Source: Felis catus
Lineage: Eukaryota
NCBI RefSeq assembly: GCF_018350175.1
Contig: NC_058368.1
Coordinates: 18,106,001-18,170,000, forward strand
Reading direction: 5' to 3'
DNA length: 64,000 nucleotides
Part shown: positions 20,411 to 34,818 of the stretch, one piece after another
Numbering within the stretch: the first letter of the stretch is position 1
Layout: each line of letters opens with the position of its first letter
Notes under the pieces: generated by a model
The model's input: the letters and a program-made list of their open reading frames with translations, nothing else
What the model was told of the DNA's origin: nothing
Database searches by the model: none
Made by a program: the position numbers and the translations under genes

Positions 20411-23384
20411 ATTGTTATGCTGGCCACCAATTCTTCCCAGACTTCTTTGGCCCATGATGGAGCTAATCTGGAGGCAAGAACGATCCGTGCTGGCATCAGC
20501 CATGGGTTCCCCTGAGGTCGGTCGTTCCTATAAGCAACAGAGTTATCTCCACACCCTCTTGTTGGGCTCTGATGAACCTAGGTACTCTTCTCGCCTGGGC
20601 TAGGGACCCAAGACAGGCAGTGTGTTTTCTTCATTATTATAAAGCCTCCTTATTCTTTTCTCATTGGAGGAAGTGGTCTGGAAAGGTGCCAGCCAGACTA
20701 TGTGACTTCTCAGGTTCAGTGTCATGGAGATGAAGAAGATCAAATGGCACCAGGGGGTCCTGCCGAACTCAGAGGTACAAATCTCAGCTGAGCCATCAGG
20801 AGCCATCCAAGAACCTTGAATAGATCCTTTCAGATTCCTAGGGTGGCTTCACTGACTGAGGACGCGTCCAGGACTCTGTCCTGAAGTCACCTCCGACCGC
20901 TGTGTCTCTGACGTCATAAGAAAGGGAGCCAGAGATGAGTATCATTTCAAAATCACCCACCTCAGTTCCACCTCTAAGAATTGAACCATCAGAAACAAAC
21001 ATTGTAGGAATGTTCAAGAATCTGGCTACCAAATAGTCCTCAGAGATATTATCCTAGATTAAACCAAATTAATAAATATTTATTAGGTACCTGCTATGAG
21101 CAAGTTCACAGTATTCCCTAAATAGGAAGAAACTTTCTGCCGGCCAAGGAATGAATTTTAACTCCTGTAGGATCTTAGAGATATCTACCTGCTGCAGTGA
21201 AAATTCACAGTGATGTTCAAAAAAAAAAAAAAGGGGGGGTCAGGAAGTTGAATAAGGAGAGTTTTGAACTCTTTACTTACAAATGCATTGAGTTCAAACT
21301 AAACGAAAATCTTTCCTCACTCTTCATGGTTTCAGCTCTTAAACCAGAAAGATTGCCTTCAAAAAGAGAGAAGAAATTCGATAGGGTGTCCAAATACCCC
21401 ACGGACTGATATCTAACCAAATGAAAGTTAAAAGTTCAGAACTTTGCTTTTGAATATATGAGACAGCATAATGGCTGATTCCGTGGAAGCCGAGACCACC
21501 GGGAAGCATAAAGATCACCCTCCAGCATGCACGCCCTGCTGACTGACCCTTCCCTGAAAGAAATGTCCCTTCTACTCAAAGGTAGTATTAGAGATTTTAA
21601 TACAACAAATGAAAATTACTATTTCTGATCAGGTATCCTTATTAACATGGAAGAAATGAGAAAAGACACCCCATTGTTTCTCAAGGTGTTACATTTTCAG
21701 CTCACTTGATAGAAGACTCAGCTTCAGGATCAGTATTTGGATATTTCATATGCACTCTACTTCTTCGGGAGGTCTAAGGATATTCGGACACAGAATATTA
21801 TGATCGAGCTGCAGCACATAATTTTCAGAAAAATGTACGTCTTTAAAGTGGACTGCCAACCATCTAATTTCCCCCTTGTTTCTTCCTACGAGAGAAGCCA
21901 CACGAGGAACCAGGCAGAAGAACAAAGATGGGTCTTTTCCCCACACAAAAGTCTGCACAAGGCAAGGCGGATGGCTCTCCACACCGTGCGCAGATGCGTG
22001 GCTGTGAACCACATACCCTTCTTTTCTTCTTGGAAAATGGTCTCCAATTAGTCTAGGACACTAGATGAACTGCTGCTAAGGAAAACGTTCATTACTTTCT
22101 GCAACAGTGAATGCCATTGAGTTATATCAGCGATTCTGAATTCTTTTTTCCTCCAAAGGCCCCATTTGGCCTCTAAATCTCTTTCACAACCCCTCCTCCC
22201 CTCTCTTAAAAATGTTTCCTATTCACTGCGAGGCTCTCATCCAAGGAAAATAGATGGGCGGTGGTGAAGGACCTGGGGGATGGGGACAGAGACGCAGAAG
22301 GAAGCTTGTTTTAGCGAAGGGTGGGGGGTGGTGGTAAGGGTTACTCCCCACCTAACGCTCAGATGCTTATCAGGGGGTCGGAGGGCTCTTTGGGCAAACC
22401 TCACGTTAGGTCCAAACACTCACCCCAGTCCACTGGAATGCACGAATTCATTTGACAGGTTAGAGAAGAAAGGTTTTAAAGCAATTAATTTTTTTCCCTA
22501 AAAATATGAAATGACTTTGTGCGGAAGAAAAAAAAAAAAAACAACTGGTAGCTAATGAGGAAGACTTTTTTTTTTGGGGGGGGGTAGGATGAGAAGCTAA
22601 ATGACTGGAATAGAACGATTTCATATTTCAGATGCAGTCTGTGATAACTGAATAACCTTCTTATTTTGACTCACAGCTTCACACAATGCAGGCTTTCAGC
22701 ACATGAAGAGCCACAGCAGAGAGTTTGGGGCCATTTTCTCTCTTTATTCATTTTCTAAGCCCCATCCCTCCCCCCCCAGCTCCATTCCCCCATTTCCTCT
22801 GTCTGGGTTTGAATGGCTGAAGTGTACCCACAATATCCACTAGACACATTGTTACCTCCCTTTTACCAAAAGCACCTGGCAGGGTCACCAGCCTCCCAAG
22901 TCCCCCCCCCTCCCCCCCTTCCCCTCCCGTGGAGTCTGGCTTAACTCTTTGAGTGACAAATGTCCAAATATGTTTTGACAATGATTTTAACAAATATTAG
23001 AAACAGTCTAACAAACTACTTTAACATATACTTTAAAAACTGGAAAGAAAATGAAGCCCGTTCTATTTCGTTAAGTTTTATCATTTCCCTTCTATTCTTC
23101 CTCTCACCTTGTCTCCTTTTCCCTTGGGTTCTTAACATTAAAACGTGAATTGGTTCTTCCCAGCTGAATCAGTAGGAGACGGGATTGTTAACTGCCTTTA
23201 AAATGGAGCCTGGAGACATTTTACAGACTTTGTGATCACAAAACAAGCAACCGCACATATATGGTAAAAGAAAAAAACAGTTCCCACTATATAGCAAAGC
23301 CTAAGAATAATCAAGATGCTTTGTATTTCCAGAAACCTTGTTCTCCCTCAGAGCCCAGAGTACTGTCAGAGTCTTAAGTTTTCA

Positions 23385-23490
23385 GATTTCTGCTTCCAGC
23401 CAAGATGGAGTAACAGGGGTGGACGTGCTCAGAAACAAGGACAACGCGTAAAAAAACTAGGTTCAAACACTAGACAATAGGCCACTCGGA
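23385..23490 (+). mobile_element. Short L1 5'-end fragment
   Basis: TTCTGCTTCCAGCCAAGATGGAGTAACAGGG resembles old L1M 5' termini. Confidence 0.5.
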
Positions 23491-23519
23491 ATCACCTGAA
23501 TCAGATGCAGATTTCTTTT

Positions 23520-23750
23520 TTGTTAGAAGGTGTACCTTGGACCCTAAGCCAAGAGGTACGATTTCTTACCTGGCGTGGGTGTACAATGTTAGACGTGCTG
23601 ATTGTGGTAACGGGCGGCCACCTCCACTCTCATCTGGGTCCCTGAGTACTGTGGGCGCAAGGAATACATGACACACGGGTTTTGGTGAAGACAGCTCACA
23701 AACTCTGCTTCATTTTCATCTGACTGAGTCCTATAAAGGGAACTTAGCCT
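23520..23750. mobile_element. Possible old ERV/ERVL LTR fragment
   Basis: CATCTGGGTCCCTGAGTA...TTGGTGAAGACAGCTC...TTCATCTGACTGAGTCCTAT recalls eutherian LTR relics; family not determined. Confidence 0.3.
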
Positions 23751-26700
23751 AATGAAAACGAGGGCTAGACCTATCCTTGAACAGGAGCATGAGCTGACCT
23801 TGTCTGGAGCCCTGTGGGAGACAGGAGCCAGAGAAAGAGAGCTGCCTTCTCCCCATCACCGCAGGGCTGGCGATGGCCTTTTCGGGGGCAGAGCCGGGAC
23901 CATGATGCTTAGGGGGCGAGAGTCCTTCTGCAGCCTGTGGCTTCCTTCCTCCCTTAGATGTACTGACGGATAGGTCAAAGACTACGGTTTTCAATCCTGG
24001 TTTCAAAACTAAGTGCAGGTGTGAATGAGCTTCTGGGGGCTGCTAATTTCTTCATCTAGACGATGATTACCAGTGTGTTTCCTTTGTGACAATTCATCCA
24101 GCTCTACGTTGAGGCTTGCGAACTTTTCTCTATGTATATTATAGTTCAAAAAAAGGTTATAAAAGTAAGCATAGTGGTCCACGTCCATTATGTCTCGTAA
24201 TTGACTGTTTTGATCCAATTACTATTTTATTAGAGAAGAATGTATAGTTAGAGCTCGCGTGCTAATTAAACCTGGTATTTTTAGTGGTAATCCTAGAGGC
24301 CTTGCATATTTTCAAATACCTTTAAGAAAGAATTCAATCTCCTCTTTCCTGCAGGTGGAGACAAAGCTGTATCATTCAATCCTATGCCTTTTGTTAGGAA
24401 ACCTTTACTTCTCAGACAGAAATAATTGTCCTCATTGACAACAGCATGGTGGCCATTGGACTAGTCAGATGGCATCATTTAGAAATTTATCGATGCTCAG
24501 CAACATATAAAAGCCTGGCTTTTACAATTACTGGATGACTATGTTTGTTTGTTTGAGCTTTCCTTTTTCTGCTCTTAATGCTGGAAGTGAACACAGTATC
24601 TTAGTTTAGAATTGTTTTGCTGTCTTCTGAGTTTCGTGTAAAATTCGTGGAGTCAGGACCTATCTTTTTTGTTTCGCAACTGTGGCAGTTGTCAGTGTTA
24701 CTCATGTGCCCGAGACTGAAAGGGACAATGCCTCCCAGAGCCTTCTGAGACCACACTCCCCAATTCAAACCAACGCTAAGTGATCACATATTCGATATCA
24801 TGAAATACAGTCCCCAATTTGGCCTCTGACTCCACACCAGCAAATGACCCAGAATCTGTCTCAGTTTGATCCCAGGACATCCGACCACCATTTACCTGTG
24901 GACCTGGGTGCCCCTCGAGACGCGAGTAGCCAGACACAATCGTGATTCAATTCTCATATACAAACTCAACTTCTGAGTTTAGGGAGAGGAGTTTTTCATT
25001 CCTATCTTTTTGAACTTCGTTGGAGATCCAGGTAACCTCAAGCCATGTGAGGTAATTTTTCATACTGCCCTAGAGGACGTGGAGGCTGGGCTGGAGGTGG
25101 TCCCAAACAGCATGCAGCCTGGGGAGCGGAAGCATGGTGGGCGGGGAAGCAAGGTGGGTGCAGTATGGCTCGATTTAGGCCTGGTGCCATCTGGTCCACT
25201 GCAGGCAGGGCATGTAGCATTCGGAAGGTGGCATGAAGGCTGCCCCTGGAAAAACTGCCATCACCTTCATGGTGAGCCTAGAGCCTGTATTTATGGAACT
25301 CCTAGGAGATACCCGTGAGCATCAGTCTCCCGAGGTCAGAGTGGAGCTCACCTGACTTTACCTGCAAAGAGTGGCTCAGATGCAGTGTCTCCAGGCAAGG
25401 GTGCTTCTTAGAACGGCCGTGAGACATAAGTGTCTGGATCTGGGGGGGTGGGCGCTTGGATTACTGGGGAGACTCCCAACAGCAGCTGGAAGAGACCACA
25501 GCCACCTGGAAGGAGAAGGTGGCCTCTGGGCACCAGGTCCGAACAGCCAGTATTTACTGGACATGATCCTGTAGCAGGGGGTGTAAATATTGGATACAAA
25601 GTGAGTCCATGGCCTAGAACACAGCAGGCCTCTCACTGAGTGGAAGTTAATCAAAGCTGCAGATAATGAGGGCTTTACCTAAAGCTGTGAGAAAACAATT
25701 CATAGAGCAGCTGTCCACGTGCCTACAAAGAGGTTTCCGACCCCTTTTCTCTTAGATTCAAAGCTAAGGAAACCTGTCTGGATGAAGACAATGTTCTTAA
25801 CGAAGGCCAAGGGACAGGGGAGAACAGTGAGGCTCCTAAAATAGATTCTCCAGGGAAGGGAAAGAGAAACCTCTGCTGGGGCTCCTCCCCTGAGCTGGCT
25901 GTTGAAGGTTCGGGAAGCTTCCAGAGCATTTATGCTGGGGAGGTACCCCCAGGGGCGCTCTGAGGGCCGAGGAAGTGCCTGAGAAAATGGCTTTGAGAGT
26001 GCCATGTCAGTTGTGTGCAGTTCTAGGTGAGCACCGTACTGGACAGAGCACAGTGAGCTTGACAAACCGCATGAGCTGGTGAGGCATTGGGAGCGGAGGC
26101 CTGCACTCAGGCCTGCGGCCTTGGTCGGGACCAATTGCAAAACACTTTGTCACGGCCACTGGAGGACCTTTTGGGACCATCTGGTGGCAGCGTAGTGGCT
26201 TTGCAACAGCCACTACGGTGACCTCGGGCGTGCATCTGAGTCCCTGCTCCAGTTGTAAGGCTGGAAAGCTGGGAATTGCCTTTGGATTCGAGAAAACACT
26301 TGGGAATTTTGGGCTATATCAGGCATATGGTAAGGAGATGGGCAACCAGAGGTTGGGATGGCAGGAAGTAAAGGGGCTGGCTTTCCTGCTATGGAACCAC
26401 GTGGAAATGTAGTATTTGACTTTGCACCTCCACTGGAAAAGGTTACCTTCCCAGACTTAAAATAGTACCTATCTCTATGGTCATTTTCTAATTACTATTC
26501 AGAAGTTTCCTTATTTATGCAATCCATATTTTAAATTGTTAAAAGTGTCTACTTCTACTCCTCCGTCAGAAATAAAAAGGATCAGAGAATTGACCCTAAT
26601 TCAGGGATACCTACCAGTCCTTTTATTTTCAAAATATTCAGTCTTTTAAGTATTTAGGATACTCAGAAGAGATTTCAGCAGGAAGATTACATCTCATGAT

Positions 26701-28329
26701 GCAACATTTTGCTTTTCTAGCTATTAATTTATCTTTTAATTAAATCCTTCAGTTTAGGGAGTGAGGAAGAAAGACCACTCCCAGATCAAATCAGGGAGAG
26801 GGTAGGAGCTAAAGTACTTGAGGAGAAAGGATTTTCCACTTTGCTCAGCTTTGGGGAATGAAGGAAATGATATATCAAAGTAGGGACTGACCTCAATGCC
26901 CTGAGATATAAATATAACGTGTTGTACACAGTAGGATGATCCCTAGGAGGTGCGGTCAGGATAGAGCCCAGCAGTGCCTCCACTCTGTATATATCCCTGG
27001 CTCAGGAAATCCTGCGCTCGGACAGCAGGAAACAGAAGAGCACACTGAAATCCTAGGGCTTAGAAGACACTCCTCGCCATTGGAGGAGGGTTAACAGGCT
27101 GAGCAAAGGAAGCTATATGCACAGAAGTGAGGAGAGGGGAGGAAATCAGTTACCCAAAACAACCAGACTCAGAAGCCCTCACTAAAGGGAGAAATTTTCC
27201 CCTCCAAGATTACAGGAAGCTGGTCCAGACCTCTGCAACAGCATGAATGGGCAGAGGAAGGAATGTGAAGGCAGATAAAGAGGGTGGCTGGAACACAGGC
27301 CCTGCCCGTGTTTTAATTTGTCTGGCATGGAATGGAAGAAGCATGGAAGCCTGGAAAAGGGCACGTGGCTCTGCTGATGAGGGTAGGAGCCTACAGCGTT
27401 CACTGTGATGGGTGGCGAGGGGAGGTGGGGAGACCTGGCTGTTAGGACTGGCCAGTTTAGGAAGCGCATTTCTAGAGCACAACCACCCCACTAGGGTGAA
27501 TGACACTGAAACAGGTTTTGCAGGGAGAAACTCCTACTCGATCACACTTGCTCTCGTGAGATTCAGCTTTACAGCGATGAAATTTCAGACAAATGTGAAC
27601 CTGAGAAGCATTTTTAAAAGTGCTCCCAGGTAGAGTCACCCTGAGGTGTCCAGTGTCTTTAGTCCTGCTGATCTGAGGTCTCCGGATCCCCAAGGCAACG
27701 CTGGATTTTAGCCACAGGAGTCCTATTAATTGACTGCTGGATTTCAAGCAAAACGTTTACTTGTTAAAGGCTCACTCGCTTGATTCCCGTAGTCCCTGTG
27801 AGATTCTAGCGTGCGTGTGAGTAGGAAGAAGACAGATCAGACCACCTCCCTTTCATAATTCAACAACTATACATTCCTAAGACACTATCCTGTCTGAAAT
27901 ACTAAAAGTGAGCGAGACACAACGTTATTAATCACGTTATGAGCCCTAAGAGATGGCTTACTGGAAAGTATTTTGAGAAATTTACATATGGGAAATGGAA
28001 GGCACCACAAGTCTGCTGGTTCTCTGCCCATTTTTTTTCAAAGGTAGGAAATGTCCCTTTTCATTGTGAGATTGGCTCACCACGCTATGAACTGCGGTGA
28101 GCAGACTGGGTCAGGGGTCAGGGGAATGGAGCGAACAAAAGGGCGCGGGGTGGTTACTGCACAAAGGGCCAGTTCCAGGCAAGATAGTCAGGTCTGGTTT
28201 CGGCACCGTGCTCTCGCATCGCCTGCCAAGAAGACGGGGTTAATTGGGTAGGAAAGTGTAGGAGGAAACTGATGTTAGTGGAACATTTAACTGAATGCTT
28301 TAGCACTTGACTGGATTCTGTATCTGGTG

Positions 28330-28495
28330 GAGTGTGTGTGTCTGTGTTGAATCCTTGCGACAACCGTGTGAAATGAGAATGGGTAGCCCCATTTCGCAGA
28401 GGAGGACACAAACTCAGATTAAGTAAACTTGCCTGATGGCATGGCGTCCTGAAAAGGCAGAATGAAGTTTAGAACAGATATCTGACACTGACCTC
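28330..28495 (-). mobile_element. MIR
   Basis: AATCCTTGCGACAACCGTGTGAAATG...CCCCATTTCGCAGAGGAGGACAC...AAACTTGCCTGATGG. Confidence 0.75.
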
Positions 28496-29149
28496 TATGC
28501 TTTGTACTTTTAAAAGAATTCACTCTTTATTTAGTGAAAAAAATATATATATATATTATATTATATATATATTTTTTTCCGTTGGGTTTTCTTTTAAAAA
28601 GTGGCGTTGGCAGACAGCAGACAGCAATGCTTCCTTGTGGAACTTCAGGCACTCTGGACAGAGGTGTGGAGAAAAGATATTACGGAGTGAGATTTTCTCC
28701 AAGTGTCATGCTTAAAACTTTCCCTGGGTGACACCTGCCATCACCGTGCAACAGTCAGCTGTAAGCATAGTGCCCAACTGCCTTCTCCGTCTTCACAAGC
28801 CCCCCGCCACATGGCACTTGGTATGCGCCCCGGGATAAATCTTTGTATTAGCCTTCCCTGTGCAAGCTCAGGAATGTGGAGCATTCAAAGCAGGAAATTG
28901 CACCATCAGCAACATTGTCTTTGAATGTTGACACTTGCTCAGGGTCAGGCCACCCCAGGGGCCATCATCATCATTTGGTGACCTGTGTGGGACCTTGTGC
29001 TTCTGGAACTGTTCCAGGTGTGGGAGGAGGTGATGTCTTGGAAAACTCTGCCCAGAGGCCTGGCTTGTAGAAACATGGCCAGATGGTTTTGTCATCTGCC
29101 CTTGTCTACTATGCTCTACAATTCTTCATTTGATGGAAATGAACCAAAT

Positions 29150-29300
29150 GGAAACTTGAATTTACTCTTTGGAAAAATGCAGGCAATAATATGCACATAT
29201 ACCGCATAGGGTTGCTGCAGGCAGTTAAATGAGGAAAATACACACAAAGTCCTTAAAATGCTGTCTGACAAACTGGAAGCACCGATCCAGTGTTAGTTGT
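29150..29300 (+). mobile_element. MIR 3' fragment
   Basis: AAAATGCAGGCAATAAT...CATAGGGTTGCTGCAGGCAGTTAAATGAG. Confidence 0.65.
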
Positions 29301-29589
29301 TACTGGTTGTTGTTATTATTGTTGTTGTTGTTATTGATATTGTTCTCTTTATTGTGTGCTATTTTCCAAATGACTTCCATTTTTGTAGATTGTTAAAAGA
29401 TAGAATGACCTGAAGAAAATTCAGCCCTAAAGAGCCACTCATTGAACGATTTTCTTCTCTGCCATTCTTTGCTTTCCTCTTAAACCTCATGATTTCCTTT
29501 TGTGTTTTCACCAAGAGTGTTTGCTTCCATGGGCAGAGAGAGTGTTATGCAGGTGATGATTAAAATATCCGCACAGGTAGCTGTTGGTT

Positions 29590-30020
29590 TTCAAATTTGT
29601 TATTTATGAATAGGTAATGACATGTACAGTATACTGTAAAATATTCAAAAGACACAAGAAGATATACAGTGAAAATGTAGTCTCTCCCCCATGACCTTAC
29701 CATCCAAATTCTCTTTCCCAAGGTGATGCTGGCCCCTGGTTCTAGTGCACTCGTCAGAGAATACACGCATGTGCACTCCGACCACTCACACACAACACTG
29801 AAAACAAATGACAGTGTCATGTTTACCCCGTGTTCTTTCTGTTCCTTCCTTTCTATACTCAGGATGTATTTTGCATAATATTCCTTAGCTGTGTATGTAA
29901 TACTGCCCAATATTTTAAACGATTGAATAGTATTCCACAGTATAGATTTACTCTAATTTATAATCCGGTGTTTTAATGGATATTTTGATTTTGTTATTAC
30001 AGGCAATGCTGCAATGATAT
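29590..30020 (-). mobile_element. Ancient L1 3' fragment (L1ME-like)
   Basis: ATTGAATAGTATTCCACAGTATAGAT...TTATTACAGGCAATGCTGCAATGA. Confidence 0.55.
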
Positions 30021-30209
30021 ACTTGTCTTTTATTTTTAATTTTCACCATTTAAATATTAAACATTTTATCTACCTGGTTTTTGATTTTCCCAATAGGTAT
30101 GAGACAGGGACCCAACCTTATGTCTTAACCAGATATGATGTGTTGAATAATCTACCTTTCCGCCAATGCTTTGAAGTATACTTTTATCATCTATTCGACT
30201 CGTCCATGC

Positions 30210-30460
30210 GTTTAGGTAGTAAAACACAACATCGGAGAATATACCCTCTGCAATCTGTCTGGGTTTGAACCTTAGCTCTTCCACTAATGGTTTGAACTTG
30301 AACAAATTATTTAATCTCTTTGCCTCAATTTCCTCATCCAATGAGTGAGAATAAAAACAATTTCATGGGATTATTGAAAACATAATACAAGGCAAATATT
30401 GTACAGGGCTTAGAATATTCCTGGCATGTAATAAACTCTAAATAACAACAGCTATTATTA
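30210..30460 (+). mobile_element. MIR
   Basis: CTGGGTTTGAACCTTAGCTCT...AACTTGAACAAATTATTTAATCTCTTTGCCTCAATTTCCTCATC. Confidence 0.8.
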
Positions 30461-31021
30461 TTTCTCCACATATTATTATTTCTGGCCTCTTTTTTCCCCC
30501 TTGTTCTTTTTATTCTTCATGAATCATGAATCTAGTATTCATGAATCTATTGATTGACTTATTAATTAATGTAGCTTTTTAATATGTTTTAATATCTGCC
30601 AGGTTTTCCTCCTCATTATTTTTCTCCTTCAGAAATTTTTCATGAACTAAGGATTAGCTTGTGTTATTAAAAAATGTTTTTATTTTTGTTGTGAATAAGT
30701 GAAATTCACATATATTGACTTTGAGAGAATTGAAATCTTTGTAATATTGACTCTTTCTATTTACGGTTTGACTGTTCGTCCATATTTAAATTTTTGGTTA
30801 TGCTCCTCAGTAGCATTTTAAGGAATAGGCTTATTTGTAGTTACTTTTTGTTAATATATCACCTACCTGGTTGTGGTTTGTATATATGAAGACTATTATT
30901 TTTTCACTCAGCTATTTTACTGAATTTTCTTATTATTTATGATATACTTTTAGTTGAATCTTTAAGTGTTCCAGAGATAACAACAGTTTCCAGAGAAGCA
31001 ATCATGACAAGTAATAATTTT

Positions 31022-31247
31022 ATTTTATTAAAAAAAATTTTTTTAATGTTTATTTATTTTTGAGAGAGACAGAGACAGAATGCGAGTGGGTTAGGGGCAG
31101 AGAGAGAGGGAGACACAGAAGCAGAAGCAGGCTCCAGGCTCTGAGCTGTCAGCATGGAGCCTGACGCGGGGCTCGAGCTCACGAGCTGTGAGGTCATGAC
31201 CTGAGCCGAAGTCGGACGCTCAACCGACTGAGCCACCCAGGCACCCC
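31022..31247 (-). mobile_element. SINEC_Fc
   Basis: Near-consensus body with AGGCTCCAGGCTCTGAGCTGTCAGC. TSD CAAGTAAT(A/G)ATTTT. Confidence 0.95.
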
Positions 31248-34082
31248 ATCAAGTAATGATTTTAATAATAATAATTAAAAATAATTTTGCCTCAAATTTT
31301 ATACCTCTATTATTTTTATTGTCTATCACAGATACTAGTAGCTATGAGACAATATAAACAAAATTTCTGGCAAGAAACATCCTATTTTGCTCCAGATTGT
31401 AAAGATAATGCTTTAGCAGAAGGCTGGTATACATATGTACATATGTACACGCATATGTGCGTATGTACATACATGCGTGCATACATCCTCCCTCTCATTT
31501 TCTCTTCCTCTCTGGATCCAGACAAATACTACATCTATATTTAAGTAGACATTAAATACAGGTGTATGTGTGTGTAATTCATGTTATGAGGCACCTACTT
31601 TTAGTATTTAGTATTTAACATTTTTTATCCAGAATAGATATTATATTGTATTAAGGCCTTTAAATATCTATGGAGAGGATAAAATAAATTTTCTCTCTTA
31701 ACTAATTAATATGATGATCTATGGTAATATAGGAATAGATTTCCTAATATTGAATTATGGAGGAATTACTGGAGGACTCTGTTTACTTTTACTGAATATT
31801 TTGCAACAATGTTCATAAGTGAGCATGGGCTGTGGATCTCCTTTTGTGGAATATTACCTTTGGGGCATTTTTATAGTTTAGCTTTGCAAGAAACTTTTAT
31901 AGTCTACTACTTATGAAAATATAGTAGATTATATATCTGAAAATACCTTCTCATTAGAGACCACATAAAAACGTTGAATAAGATAATGGAAACATTTTTA
32001 AACTAATTAAGTTTCTATCTCTCTTAGTGTCATTTTTGGAAATTTTTATTTTAATAAACAACTATGTATTACATCTCAGTTTCAAAATTGATTTGCAGAG
32101 AGTTGAAGTATTCTCTTATGATTCTGTTGAAGTCTCTATAATAATTTTCTATTACTTTTTATTTTGTGTATTTTTTAATTTTTTAATTTTATTTTTACTT
32201 TTTATTTTGTGTATTTCTACACATAAATATGTATATTTATGTGTAGAAATACACGTATATTCTATACATATTTTCTGTATTAAATTAGGTAATCTACTCA
32301 TTTTATTTTATTTTAAAGAAGTAGCTCTGGAATTTTTTACCTTGGTCATCTTTCTGTTTTGAAATGATCAATTTCAATTTTCCTTCTTACCAAATCTGAT
32401 TGTTTTACTTTTGCCATATACTTTCTAGCTTCTTGAGATAATTTTTTTTTAACGTTTTACTGTGAAAAATTTTAAACAAAACAAAGTTGAAATCGTTTTA
32501 CGGGGAACACATGGATTTATTCATTTTGTAGATTCTACCAATAACATTTTACGATGCTCATTTGATAATATAATACTATATTTATCTGTCAATCTGTCCA
32601 GCTATCTATCTTACTTTGCTGACTCACTTCAAAGTAAATCGCAGGGATCAATTCACTTCCTTTATTTCACATACATATATAAAATAGTTAAATATTTGCT
32701 ACAATTTTTCCTTTTGGTATAGATTTACATACAACGAAATGCAAAAATCTTAAGTGTACATTTGCTGGGGTTAGACAAATGTATGCAAATGTGTGACTGA
32801 AACCTATCAAGTTATAGAACATTAACATAGCCCCAGAATTTCCTCTCCTACCTCTCCACGTTAATCCCCATCTTCCACCCCTTCCAGAGACAAATGCTAT
32901 TCTGATTTTTTTTTTTTTTACAGCATAGACTAGTTTTGCCTATTTTAGAACTTGATACAAATGTGATCATAGGGTATACATGCTTTTGTATATGGTTTCT
33001 TTTACTCAGCATGTCTTTGAGATTTATCTGTATCAGTTCACGTGTCAGTAGTTTTCCCCTTGCTATTGATTAGTAGTACACCATTGTATAAATATCCCGT
33101 TTTCACCAGACACCTGAGCTTTTCCTGGTGGGGGGCTGTTGTGAATAAAGCTACCCTGAAAATTGTAGTCTAAGTCTTTCTGTGGATGTAAGTTCTCTTT
33201 TTTCCTAAGTCAATACTTAGGAATGGGATTCTTGGGTCATAACGTAGGCAGTTGCTTAGTAGTACAAGACAGTGTCAGAAATTCTTCCAAAGTAGATTTA
33301 CCATATTCTCACCAATAAAATATGAAAAGTTCAGTTCTACATCCTTCCTTACTAACATTTGCTGTGGTCAGTGTTTTTAATTTTGGTTATTCTGGTGGGA
33401 AGTAATGTTACCTCATTTTGTTTTAATTTGCACCCCCTGATGACTAATAATGTTGAGGACTTTTCATTTATTTCCTGATCGTTTATATATTTTTCATGGT
33501 AAGCGTATGTTCAAGTCTTTTATCCACTGTTACCTTCTCTCAGCAATTTTTTTTTTTTTTTGTAGTTTTTGTTGTAGAGGCCTTGCTTGCCTTCTGTAAA
33601 TTTGTTCCTAAGTATTTTATGCAGTTTTCCTTTGGTGTTATTATAAATGGAATTTTATCTTACCTTATTTTCTGATTAAAAGTAATTTTTAATCTTGTCA
33701 CTTTAGTCATAGTTTTATAGATTTCTAAGCATTTTCTGTGCAAACAATGCCACCTGAAAATACAGTTAGTTTTTCTTCTTCCTTTCTGGTGTTATGTCTT
33801 TGTCTGTCTGTTGTATTGTAAACATTTAGGACCACTAGTACAAAATTGAATCAAAATGGTGAGAGTGGAGATCCTTGCCTTGTTCTCAATATTATGGGAA
33901 AAAATGTTTTGAAATTTCCTACTAGGTGTGACGTTAGCTGTGGGTTTTTGCTGAACATCCTTTATCAGACTGAGCAATTAAGGAAGTTAACTTCTTAAGG
34001 TCTTAGTTTGCTAAGAGCCATTCTGTTTATTGGTTTAATCTTGAATGGGTGTTGAATTTTGTCCAGTGAATTTTGGACTTTT

Positions 34083-34274
34083 ATTTTGTGTTTTAAATGT
34101 TTATTTATTTATTTTTGAGAAAGAGAGAGAGCACATGCACAAGTGTGTGTGCCCTTATGAGCTGAGGAGGGCACAGAGCCCAAACTGGGGCTCAATCTCA
34201 CAAACTGAACTGCAAGATCATGACCTGAGCTGAAATCAACTTGGACACTTAACTGACTGAGCCACCCAGGCATG
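34083..34274 (-). mobile_element. Can-SINE (diverged, internally deleted)
   Basis: AAGATCATGACCTGAGCTGAAATC...TTAACTGACTGAGCCACCCAGG. Confidence 0.88.
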
Positions 34275-34739
34275 CTTGCACTTTAAAATGAGCTCACATT
34301 GGTTGATTTTTAAATCTGAAGCCAATTTTACAATCCTGAGATAAATTCTACTTTGGTTCTGATGTATATATTATAAAACGCCATTCACCAATATTTTATT
34401 AAATGTTTTTGCATCTATGTTTATGAGAGTTGTTAAATTATTATTTTAAATTTTTTCCTATTTTACCTATGAGTAAGTAATAGGTTTTCTGTATGGTGTT
34501 TTTATGTCTTTATTTTCTAAATATTCTGCGATTCACATTTTGACTTTCCCTTTCTAACTGGCAAGTGGCAGAGATTTTTCTATTTTTTAGTGTTTGTATT
34601 AACTTCTAGATTTATTTCTTGTATTCAGAGAATGTTCTCTGTATTATTTCTACATGTTGAAATTAATAGATTTTCTCATTGTTGCCTAATACATAGCATT
34701 GTAATAAGTATTGCCTGGACACTTAAAATGAAGGTCTTT

Positions 34740-34818
34740 CCTGGGACTGAGAGGCTTCCTGGAATGTAAGATTTACTGTGGAAAAACTAAGGTCACCCTG
34801 AATAAACTAGGACTAGGC
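34740..34818. mobile_element. MER94-like hAT-Blackjack fragment
   Basis: CCTGGGACTGAGAGGCTTCCTGGAATG...AAACTAGGAC resembles the MER94 body. Confidence 0.45.

Noticed and set aside
20909..20916. Full CRE palindrome TGACGTCA and scattered AP-1 heptamers
   Set aside because: Isolated short motifs are expected by chance in 64 kb; no supporting context.
26175..26192. Third CTCF-like motif (CCACCAGATGGTC on the minus strand)
   Set aside because: Mismatch at the highly conserved C after the GG core.
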